Assembly (NCBI GenBank): GCA_963693365.1
Contig: CAVNZM010000008.1
Coordinates: 1,798,001-1,862,000, forward strand
Reading direction: 5' to 3'
DNA from: Amoebidium appalachense
Lineage: Eukaryota > Protista > Ichthyosporea
Length of the DNA stretch: 64,000 nucleotides
A program made the translations under genes and the position numbers. The notes under the pieces are model-generated. The model was not told where the DNA came from. It saw only the letters and a list, made by a program, of their open reading frames with translations, and ran no database searches. Below, piece by piece: positions 51,900 to 64,000 of this stretch (the stretch's first letter is position 1; every line of letters starts with the position of its first letter).

Positions 51900-53218
51900 C
51901 TCCACGAGTTATCCAGTAACAAGTGCATACTGAGATACCTGAACACTGTGTGAAAATCATATAAATACTCAATGTGACGACCAACAGAATTCAGCAAAAA
52001 GTCTAAAGTGGTCACATTGCCAGCCAGTGTAGCAGACACCCGTAGGGAAAGAGGTAAAACGTGACATAAGAACTCACACCTATCAACATGCTTGCGATTA
52101 AAAAGTTCAGCACGAAAGTGGCACCAGCGGCGATGAAAACAAGAATTACAGCGCCACTGCACAACTTCCCAGGCAATATCAACATCAGAGCACCATACAG
52201 ACTTATCTACTAGGGTGGTATCCATACGTACAGCAGGAGAAATGTATCCTGCCAGCTCCCAAAAAGCGATAATGATCAGTACGGTGTTGCCTAAGGAACA
52301 TAACACATGCCGACTGAGTTTTACCTTTGATTTCTCTATCAGAACGAGAAAGAAACTTATACTGCGTATGGTAATAACGCGAAAAGGCAGAAAAAACAGG
52401 AAGAGAAAAGAAAGAGGGAGTGAGATAGCGAGGGGAAGAATCAGGTTGAAAGAGGGTAGGCTGAGGACATTCAGAAGTAGCGTTGGTGAATCGGGGGGGA
52501 AGAGGGATGGAGGGAGGGGGGGGAAAGAAAGCATAAAGAGGGTGACCATCATGTATCCTAACTAAATGAAAACAAAAACGAAGAGACAATTCCTCCATAC
52601 GACAAACAGCAGACGACAGTCCAAACATACTGATTAAGGGAGGCACAAACCGAGTACGAAACAAAGTGCGTAGCGCAGTACCCTGAAAATCGTCGAACTC
52701 TTTCAGCGCCACGGCCGCCTCGCGAGGTGGGGCGCAGGCCAATAGCGGAAGACCATATTCGAAAGTCGGCCGTAAAAAAGTTTTATAGTAGAGAAGAAGG
52801 TTCGCAGGATGGATCACAGACTCCCGTTGAAACATATTTGACACGATGTGAAGCTTACCAGATTGCATTACCCTTCGCACGAGCGATCCGTGCCGTGATC
52901 ATGCGGAAATCAATACCCCAATACCCAAATAGTCATAGGTGCTCTGAACAGAATAGGAAGACCGGCCAATCGAAAGGAAGCGTTTTTCGAAAAAGTAGCA
53001 CACTTTGCAATTCCGACTGTCATGAGATTCTCGGTGCACCATTGATCCACCTGACGAAGCATCTGGTGCATGACATCTTCGGTTAAGGAACAAAGAACAA
53101 TATCGTCCGCAAAAAGGAGACCCGGTACACGGCGGGTATGCAGTTGGCCAAAGGATTCGAGGGCGCAGGCTAAATCGTCAATGAAAACGTCAAACAACAA
53201 CGGACTCAGGAGGGACCT
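51900..53218 (-). mobile_element. 5'-truncated, frameshifted non-LTR retrotransposon fragment (RT C-terminal half plus Cys/His tail)
   Basis: SLLSPLLFDVFIDDL, LLFADDIV, YDYLGI and YKTFLRPTFEYGL are LINE RT motifs; downstream CNSC...FNRKHVDRC...TTLDFLLN. Spread over several frames with stops. Confidence 0.9.
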
Positions 53219-53320
53219 GCATATCTTTTGATATATCTTGCCTAGCCCCTGAATATCACGAGATATATCATATATCGAATTGGCCCCTGAATATCAAAAG
53301 ATGTTCGGGATATTTTTGCA
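53215..53320. repeat. cctgaatatc/gatatatc repeat cluster, also present at about 51755-51826
   Basis: 53247 ccctgaatatcacgagatatatcatatatcgaattggcccctgaatatcaaaag aligns with 51757 cctgaatatctctcgggatatatcacgaaaatatcgaatgttgccctgaatatcacaaaag. Confidence 0.7.
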
Positions 53321-53884
53321 AGGACCTTGTAAGTTGTCACATGCCAACTAGTCGGATGCGGACGTTGCGGAACCGTCTGTACACCGTTGCAGAACAGTTC
53401 AGTTCATGTACAATGTACATGCGCATGAAAGAGCAAGATAAGACCATTTCCAGTCCTTTTTCTTCTATAGTTTTTGAATTTCTCACTTAAACTTACGTAT
53501 ACAGGCATGAGTCGGCATTCTCCCGGCACATGTGTCAAGTGCAACTTCAACAAGTGACTTCGCCGAATTGCGCCATGGCCCATTGTGATTGGCAGATAGA
53601 GTACGAAATAAAGATCTAAAAATGATCAAGAGCGAATCAATAACCACAAACTGTATTTTATTGGTTGAAATAGCGCGCCAGAACTTTTTCTAGCCAAATA
53701 TGGTGCCAAATGGAACGCCAATCGAAAGTCATCTTTGCCGTTGTTCGTTGATGTCGGTGGAGAATCACACACCTTTACCACATGTACAACGACGTCGTGC
53801 ACACGTGCACAAACACATAAAGAACAGCCCCCGCCATTTTCTCCACTCAGTTGCGCACTACCAGCCTAAGGCCAACAACATATC

Positions 53885-54350
53885 ATGGCGCGCAAGCTAG
53901 CGTTGTTTTCGCTGCTGTTTATTGCAGCTGCCGCATTTGGGTACCCGACCCAACGGTACGATGCAACTCCCGTTGCTAGGGACAACATGGCACGTGTTCT
54001 ATCACGTGTTGCGCGGCAGGCACACAACATGATGATGATGCCTGCTGACGCAAATAAGGCGCCTGCGGTTGGCCAACTGGGACACCTCCCGGGCACGAAA
54101 TGCCCCGTGTGTGGGAACATGAATAACGCTACTACCAAGGCCGTGTTTGTCAACGTCAAAAACGGAACACAGAAAATCTTTGCGTGCTCGCAGGAGCACG
54201 GAGAGCTGGTGTTCAAGAACCCCCTCACTTACATCAACGCCAGTGCCACCCCTACACCCGTCGGTATGTGGAAATGTACACATGGTGTATGTTTGGTGTG
54301 TAGAGGTTGAATTTCAAATTTCAGTGTTATGCCTGTATTTCAAGGTCATG

Positions 54351-54392
<42 letters not shown>

Positions 54393-55012
54393 TGTGTTTG
54401 TGTATTTGTGTGAGTTTAGTCTGACAGTGTTTGGTTCTTGGCAAGCTTAAATAATTGTCCCCTGCCAGGGCCCCTTCAAGCCTTAATATCTGAGAACCGT
54501 TGCCGTATTTTACACTTATAGGTTTTCTGTGCCCAGGCCGAACATATTTTCTCACCACATTCATATCAATACAACAACTCAAACACTCTCACCACACAGG
54601 GAGCAATAAGACAAACACCAACTTCACATATGTCGTTCCGAACACTGGGAGTGCCACAATCGAATGCCCGTTCTGCAAAATGGATTCTGTAAAAGAACAC
54701 GCCATTCACTTCAAACACGGCCAAGCCCTCTACGCGTGCGTAATGCCCCCACACAACAACGCCCTTCAAAACGAAACCGCTCTAACCGCCAAGTTTTCTG
54801 GAATTGTTCCTGTTACCGCGACGAAATGCCCTGTGTGCGCTTTCCCGGTGGACAAGAACAACAGTTACTATGTGTCGGTTAAAAATAGCACACAGAAAAT
54901 CTACGTGTGCTCGGAGGAGCACGGTAAGATGGTGATGGCTGCACCAATCAGCAAGTACCTCATGTCTGCCGTCACCCCGGCAAGTGCAAACGGTACCATG
55001 GCTGGTATGTTC

Positions 55013-55054
<42 letters not shown>

Positions 55055-56071
55055 CAACAACAACAACAAAACAACCACCACCCTCACCAAAAAATAAAAG
55101 GAAAAAAAGCAAAAAATGACTATGCGTGTTACTTTTTTTTTTTTTTTTTTTTTTTTTTGTGCGCCATCAACTTGTGATACGAGGAGAGGGTAGAACGGGG
55201 GGGGGGGGGGGGGGGGGGTAGGTAGAGAGAGAGAGAGAGAGATAGCAAGAGAGCAAGAAAGGAAGAGACAGGATAGATAAATAGGTTCTGCTACTGAGGA
55301 GAAGGGAAAGTTGGGTTGCAGGCAGAGAAGGAGCCCATTCCCCCCCCCCTCCTCCTCAAGAAAAAAATCAAAAAACAAAACAAAACATATATATATATAA
55401 TCATGATATATATATATATATATATAACAATACACACATCATAAGCTTACAGTGGAAGAGGTGGGTTGGCGTGTTGGTGTGCGTGTGTGTGTGTGGGGGG
55501 GGGGGGGGGGGGGGGGGGGGGGAAGAGGAGGGGGCGAGGACGGAGAACCCAGAAGGGGGGGGGGGGGGGGGGGGAGGGGGTGGGGGGGGAGGAGGAGGAG
55601 AGGAAGAGAGAGAGAGACTGACGGAAAAAAATAGACAACACCGTCTCATCATCAGTGGTTGGGAGTAAAAGCCCTATAAAATACATCCACACCACCTATC
55701 ATCATATAGTTGACTACTAGAAACCTAACCACCCAAATGCAGGTGGCCACGGCAACATGAGCATGTCAGGAAACTTCACCCCGGCAGTGCCGCAAGTGCA
55801 GTGCCCATTCTGCAAAATGGACGGCGTGACGGAGCACTCGATCAAACTCAAGCACGGCCAACCACTGTATGCATGCATGATGCCCAACCACAACGCAATG
55901 CTGCAAAATGAAACCGCTGTGATGGGGAAAATGGATGCGTTGGTGAAAACGGAAAGTGGAAAGGGGCCGGAAACTCAACCTGAGACGGGCGCGAAACCTA
56001 GCGTTGGCGTGCGTGCGGGGCCTGGGGTGTGGGTTGTGGGTGTTGTGGCTGCATTGGTCTTTGCAATGTAA
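53885..56071 (+). CDS. Secreted, probably GPI-anchored protein with four YHS/TRASH-like Cys/His repeats, about 370 aa
   Basis: Exons 53885-54263, 54600-55004, 55743-56071 (phase-1 introns, in frame). Signal peptide MARKLALFSLLFIAAAAFG. Repeats CPVC...ACSQEH, CPFCKM...YACVMPPH, CPVC...VCSEEH, CPFCKM...YACMMPNH. Many NxS/T sites. Hydrophobic C-terminus VWVVGVVAALVFAM with no cytosolic tail. Confidence 0.85.
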
Positions 56072-56995
56072 TTCCACACATATTTTTTTCTTGTAAGTAA
56101 TACCCACCATATGGTTGTCAATAAGATGTAATCCACACATATTTTGTTCTTGGAATACCCACCATATGATTGTCTATAAGTTGAAGTTCTTTTTAGACAT
56201 AGTCTTTTGTTGAACGGCATTTGCTTTCCGGGTATATAGTGTGTTCGGTGACCGTGTCATATGTATTGCAGGCGAATTCACTGCTACCTATTGCACGTAT
56301 TTTTTTAGAAAGGGGTCTTTAAGTTATTTGGTCAAATTGTAAGGATTGAACACATTCGAATATGATTTTTCGTTTTCTTGAGGTTTGTAACCTCCGGTTA
56401 TTCCATGTCGAGAAGTTCGTGTGCTTAGACATTGTACATAGTTGCCCTAAAAACTAGATTCATTACGAATAGTTTTTGCCCCCAGACTCAGTTGGAGGCC
56501 AACATGTGACCTAGCGTTTCATTTACAGGGTTTGTATGTATCTCCGTTTCCTGCCAAAAAGTATTGAACAATGTGAGCAAAAGGCACATAAGTACACTCT
56601 CATCCAAATGCTGTCTTCACCCCGCCTCCCCCCCCCCCCTTTCCCAACCACCCTACATGTACGATGCACGCAATAAACATAACACGCACACGCTTGTCGC
56701 TCACGCACCGAATGTGGGTGTTGAGCGCGTTTGTATGTGTGTGCTCATGCGCGAGCACTGTGCGCGCGCTGTACACTCACACTGAGACACACACAACGCT
56801 CTGCCTATACTGTAGTGATTAATAACCCGTTCACTCAACCCTCACCACCACAGGCTCCTTTAAACGTGTCACTTACTCGAGCCATTGCCTACACATTGCT
56901 ATTTATTAGTCTGCCCTTTCCTAGTCTCCAAGGATATGTACCCACTGGCTTACGTAAGTGGCCGTGCACTACTACGCCATGTCGCCTGCAGCAAC

Positions 56996-57026
<31 letters not shown>

Positions 57027-58661
57027 CTGCAGGAAAGACAGCACTCAGAGTGACAAGCCCTTCCCCCCAAACCTCGGCCACAAAGCCCACATTCAAACGC
57101 ACACAGTGTGCACCAACATCTTAGGTACTTCTGGGTTCAGTATGACGCGGTGGGCGAATCTTTCTTCTGCCAAATTCAGACGTACAATGGGAAAACCTCA
57201 AAACCAATTGACTATTCAACCTGCTGTAAGTTTCTCCTTTGTATCTTCACACTATGTACATGTCGTACTGCCTGATAACGTGCAGGGAAAAGTCAGCATG
57301 CAGATTCAAATCGACGATGCTCTCGATATGGTTCCGTATGTACATAGTAGTGGCACTATCGAGCTCGAGTGGGTGAGTCTCCCTGACGGATCTGGTGGTG
57401 TTCCCCCCCCACCCGGCAGCTCTCCCCCCTTCCCCCCTCCCCCCTCCCCTCTCTCTCTACAAGCCCCCCTCGGCCTCCCCCCTCCCCCCCCCCCCCCCGT
57501 GCCCTCCCCCCCGTGCCTTCCCTCCCCCCCCCCCCCTCCCCTCACACACACACGACACACGCAAGCACACACGCACATATGGACACACACATCGCATACA
57601 AAAACTCACACACATGTACACACACACACACACATGTACACACACACACACACGCACACAAACACACGCACACATACATGCACACAAACACACACACGCG
57701 CGTGCGCGCATACGCACACACACACGCACACACACACACACCGGCACACATGTGCACCCACACACACACATACACGCACGCACACACACACACACTCCAC
57801 CATGCATACACGTACGTACGCTCACACGCACGCACGCACTGAGAGGGGGGGGGGGGAGGGGGGGGGGAGGCTCTGTGGGAGGGGGCCCGGGGGAGGGGGG
57901 GGGGGGAGGGGGATCGCGGGGGGGGGGGGGGGGGGGGGGGGGGTACCGTATGTAGACTTCTGTCACGTACATGTTTCACGGTTTTGTAGCAGAAGCACAG
58001 ACAAACAAGAACCACGTCACTCTTTCACACGTCCAGGGGCGGATTAACGCGTGCACCATGCACGTACACTCACATGATCTTGCCAGACGCACCAATGAAG
58101 CTTCAGGCAACAGGATCTATTGACTCTAGTATTGAGGCATTGAGCCGGATTCGGACATATGATTGGTGTAGACACGGGAAAATAGAATCCCCACAGCTGC
58201 ATTTGGGGTTTCAGCGAAATGGTGATTGATTTCAGATCTTCCGCTGAATGATTGCCTGAATCCGACGCCAAATAACTTTAACACGGCCTGTACTAAATAG
58301 GGCTTGCTGATTGAAAAGTGTTAAACTTTTATACAACATAATTGATCTGCTGAGTCATTTTGGTCGGTTAAAGGTCACCTGCATTCAGGGCTAGAAATTA
58401 CATTTTAGGATTACTGTATTTTGGCACCCCCCCACCCCCCCACCCACCCACCCAACCCCCCCCCCCCACTCCCTCCCTCCCTCCCGCCCTCCCTCCCGCC
58501 CTCCCTCCCTCCCTCGCTCCCTTCTCCCTCCCTCCCCCCTCCCTTTCCCTCCCTCCCTCCCCCCCTCCCCCCCCCCCCCCCCTCTCTCTCTATATATATG
58601 TGTACAAATATGTGTATGTGTGTGTTTACATATTTGATATGATATTTCAATATCACACACA

Positions 58662-58723
<62 letters not shown>

Positions 58724-58930
58724 CCTCCCCCCCCCCCCCTTCCGTTGTTCACTCAGCACCGTCAGCTCTCACATGCACACACGGTCTCTTTCTTTCCCTC
58801 CCTTTCTCCCATCTCTTCCCCCCTTCCCTCCCTCCTCTTCCCCCTCCCCCCCCCCCCCCCCCCCCCCCCCCGCCCCCCGCCCCCCGCTGCCGTCCCCCCC
58901 ACCCGTCCTCTTTCTCCCTCCATCCTTGCT

Positions 58931-58983
<53 letters not shown>

Positions 58984-59036
58984 CCCCCCCCCCCCCCCCC
59001 TTTCTCTTCATGCTCCTCATGACGCACACACATGAA

Positions 59037-59119
<83 letters not shown>

Positions 59120-59804
59120 TCTCTTCCCTCCCCCCCCTCTCTTTCTCTCTCTCCCCCTCACACACTCTCTCTCACCCACTCACTCACTCTGTCTTCTCAA
59201 TCACTCTACCACACCCTCTCCCATGCACACATGGTCTCTCCTAACCTTTTCCCTACTCCCCACCCCGCCCCCCCCCCCCCAAACAATCAAAATTCCAACA
59301 CCTTTTGAACATCGTCCAAACACAATTCGACACCACAACACCCTTCCTGCCCACATCTCTGACTCTGCAATCCCTTGAGCTAACCTTTCCTGCTGTGCCC
59401 TCACGGTGGCCTCTACGTCCGTGTCACCAGGTTTTGGTTTGCCCTAGAATGCAATCCTCCTTGTTAGTGTTCTGTTTTGTATTCACCGTTTAGCAGTATA
59501 CATAGATACTTTATGATTATGGGCATATAGCTTAATTGGGTATAGCATCTGTTTTGCATACAGAAGATTATAGGTTCAAGTCCTATTATGTCCACTACAA
59601 CTCTTGATATTTTCATTAGTGATGCTTTTGTTACACCATCTACTAACAGTATTGACTAATGTATTTGTTTGAAGAAGAGGCGATCTGGAAGCAAGCTCTC
59701 TTAATTGAAAAGAGTGAATTTAATCATGTAATGTTAGGAAAGAATAAAGATGCCTATAGGATTACTATTAGAACAATTTGTAATAAATGCATTAGTAAGC
59801 ATAT

Positions 59805-59931
59805 CAATGATAGGAGTAGATCTATCAATAACGAAATTATCAACGATGATAATAGCCATAATATTAATAATATAATGGCTATTATCATCGTTAATGATGA
59901 TTTCGTTTTGATAGATCTACTCCTATCATTG
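59805..59931. repeat. 127-bp near-perfect inverted repeat (fold-back hairpin) in an AT-rich island
   Basis: caatgataggagtagatctatcaa...acgatgataatagccat pairs with atggctattatcatcgt...ttgatagatctactcctatcattg. Confidence 0.92.
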
Positions 59932-60254
59932 CCCCCCCTCCCCCCAAAAGAAAAAGCCACACATCCACACACACCACAAAAACCTTAAGCTAATTAAGTT
60001 ACCTCATCTGAGTCCCTTTCTGGTCCCAGGCTCTGTGTCTATTGACACAGAAACCCCCATCTACAAAGAGATTTGAATTATTCCTCTTCGTGGCAGTGGT
60101 TGCCGTACCGGCATGTGTAGTGTGTATGCCCGGTGATGTAGTGCATCAACATTCAACCACCCACGTGTATACACACACACACACAAACACGCACGTGACA
60201 CAGACAACAAACACACACACGCACACGTGCACACACACACGTGCACACACACGT

Positions 60255-60339
<85 letters not shown>

Positions 60340-60565
60340 ACCCACCTATATAAATACCTGCACTTCAACATGTACGTGCACCTGTACAGAATCTAATTAA
60401 CTGGAAAAGCAAAAAAAAAGGACGGCTTAATGCATTTGCTTGGTAACAGTGTACCTCCCTACCACCCCCACGGCACCTCTTGCACACTTGCAACATGTGC
60501 GCACCAGTCGTCACACAGCCCACCGAGCCTGGCAGGCCCTGAGCTCATATGGGCAACCATCACAA

Positions 60566-60612
<47 letters not shown>

Positions 60613-62187
60613 ACAACAACAACAACAAAAAAAAATAGGTGAGGCATACTCTTTCACGGTTATTTGCAATCTGCGTTGAGTTGTCCGTCATGAATGTGTG
60701 AATCGTACCGTAGGCTCTAATTCTTTCTATACCCTCCCCCCTCCTCCTCCTCCCCCCCCCCCTCCCCCCTCTCTCCCCCTCCCAACACACACACACCGTC
60801 AACCGCACCCACCGCGCCCACCAACCCAAACTCTTCCACACTTCCACGCACACAAGATCACGGTACCGTGAGCTCTTGCTTCATAGTCATGCTTGTGTAT
60901 CGGGCCTATGGACACGATCGGCATGACGTGAAAAGAAATCAGTAGTGACTTTGTTAAGTTGTCCTTTTCGTAATTCATCAGTAACCTGCAGAAGAGTAGC
61001 TACGGTACTTTTCAAGTTTTGGGTGTTGTGGTCATTCATAGTCTTGCTAGTAATTGTGTGGCCATATATATATATACACCTGTTGGAGTATGCATTGAGT
61101 GACATAATAACCACATTCATCCAAATCAGACACTAGCACACACGCACGTACCCGTGCGATTTCTTAACACAAAACTGTTTGTTATTCAGGCAAAACTGTT
61201 ATTCAGGCACATGCGTAAACAAACCATCACACCACACATAGCGCACATATTTACATGAATAGTTCCAGACCGTGATACGCACTTGTGCAAGCACGCACGT
61301 ATGCACCCACGCATGCACGCACACACACATGGTTCATAATTTTCAGTGTAGAGCTCAGCACGAAGAAAGACCGATGAAGTATATTATATTGAGGTCCTCT
61401 TTGAGGGTTTAAAGGTACAGAGAAACCAAATCCTCAGACAGAACAGCATCAAATATACCGTACATCATTCAGACATGAACAGAAAAACGAGCATTGCACC
61501 TATATCAAATCGAAATACAACAGTGCATATCTAGGACAACGTCTATCTGCAAGGCTCACAGAGCACTCAGTCAATAAGACATCAGCCTGATCTCAACATG
61601 ACATATTTACAAATTAGCGCGAGACTCGATACAGCACAGATAAAATCATACTTGATAGTTCATAAGAGGTTCGTATTCACGATCAAACGGCACGTTAAAA
61701 CACAGTAGACCTACGCATATGGTTCTGTGAAGATAGAGATATAGTGTCCCCCTAAGATTCACCTGGCCAGTGTGTATTCGTGAAATGTGCATGTTCACCA
61801 TGTTCCGTGCCAACACACCATAAAAGTGTTATCCTACATGTATGGGTTTTGCGCCTGTATCAAATTTTTGGCGCTGTGTCCTATAACAACAAAGCAAAAT
61901 CGATTAAGTCGGATAAAAAAAGGGGGGGGGGAGGGGGGGGTGGACAGGCAATGCCGACATGGGTTTGTTTACCAACTGTAATATAAAAAGAACCCTTCGT
62001 GCCCGTGCAAGGAACATCTAAATATATCAAAAACAGAAATACAAGAAGATAACCGATTAAAAGAGTTCAACCCATAGCTCCCTAAAGCACATCATGCGAG
62101 CCTCTCGACCAATAATATCCAACCCATGCGAGCCCCTCGACCAATCATATCCAAGCAACACGAATAATCAGCCAATTGATCACATGA

Positions 62188-63419
<1,232 letters not shown>

Positions 63420-63907
63420 TGCGTGCAGACCCTAGGCAGGAAGAATGGAGAGAGCGAGACATGCATGTGGAAGGGTGAGAAAGGCGTTTCCGGGAATGGC
63501 AATGACGTGTTAATAGGGGGGAGGGTCCTACAGTCTCCAAAATCCGTACCTTTGTGGTTCCATTGGTGCACCTGCAACCAGCTAGCCCATCAACAGAGCA
63601 ACCCTATTGGTCTGTATTGACATATACCTAATATGACCAGCTGACCATTTATGCTCTACTGCAGTATAACCGTTGGTGGGGGAGGATGGATGGGGGAGGG
63701 TGAAAGAGGGGGTGCCAGAAACATGCACTAGAAGAAAGGGCAGGATGTAAAGAGAATGAAAATGGGTACGACACATGCCTTTGCTTCGGAATACCACAGA
63801 CGGGAAGGGGGGAGGGGGGAGGGGGGAGGGGGGGAGGGGGGGGGGGGGGGCAAGGGATAGCATTGAAACTTTAGGCAGATGCCAGGACAGGCACTTCACC
63901 CCCCCCC

Positions 63908-63938
<31 letters not shown>

Positions 63939-64000
63939 CCCTCCAAAAAAACAAACAAAAAAAACAAACACTCAGACACGCCCGGATACACACAGACACA

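Noticed and set aside
53790-53860. MRE-like TGCRCNC motifs upstream of the YHS-repeat gene
   Set aside because: The motif is very common in this TG/CA-rich window, so it carries little information.
56066-56181. Short tandem duplications in 3' UTRs or introns (also 62093-62156, 41882-42095, 16050-16105)
   Set aside because: Ordinary local slippage duplications with no further structure.

Overview
Eukaryotic genomic DNA with intron-rich genes. Introns are packed with poly(G)/poly(C), (CA/TG)n, (GA/TC)n and (TA)n tracts, so nearly all long ORFs in the supplied track are microsatellite artefacts. Manual splicing at GT-AG junctions gives seven complete in-frame gene models: a double-chromodomain protein (+), malectin (-), a Tudor-like/PHD/MYND protein (+), an MFS transporter (-), complex I subunit NDUFB11/ESSS (-), F-actin capping protein alpha (+) and a secreted, probably GPI-anchored protein with four YHS/TRASH-like metal-binding repeats (+). 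The 3' end of a PHR-domain gene (-) runs off the window. Mobile DNA includes a Tc1/mariner-type MITE, a decayed non-LTR reverse transcriptase and a multicopy structured repeat sitting in C/G runs. The gene set suggests a unicellular holozoan (inference only). Most notable: (1) a 48-bp minisatellite of duplicated branch point, 3' splice site and exon start in CAPZA; (2) the structured repeat with one fixed end abutting poly(C); (3) an antisense copy of a malectin exon inside its own gene; (4) acceptors with long AG-free (CA)n tracts instead of polypyrimidine tracts; (5) a 127-bp near-perfect hairpin; (6) the extracellular multi-YHS protein. All calls are by eye; no searches were run.
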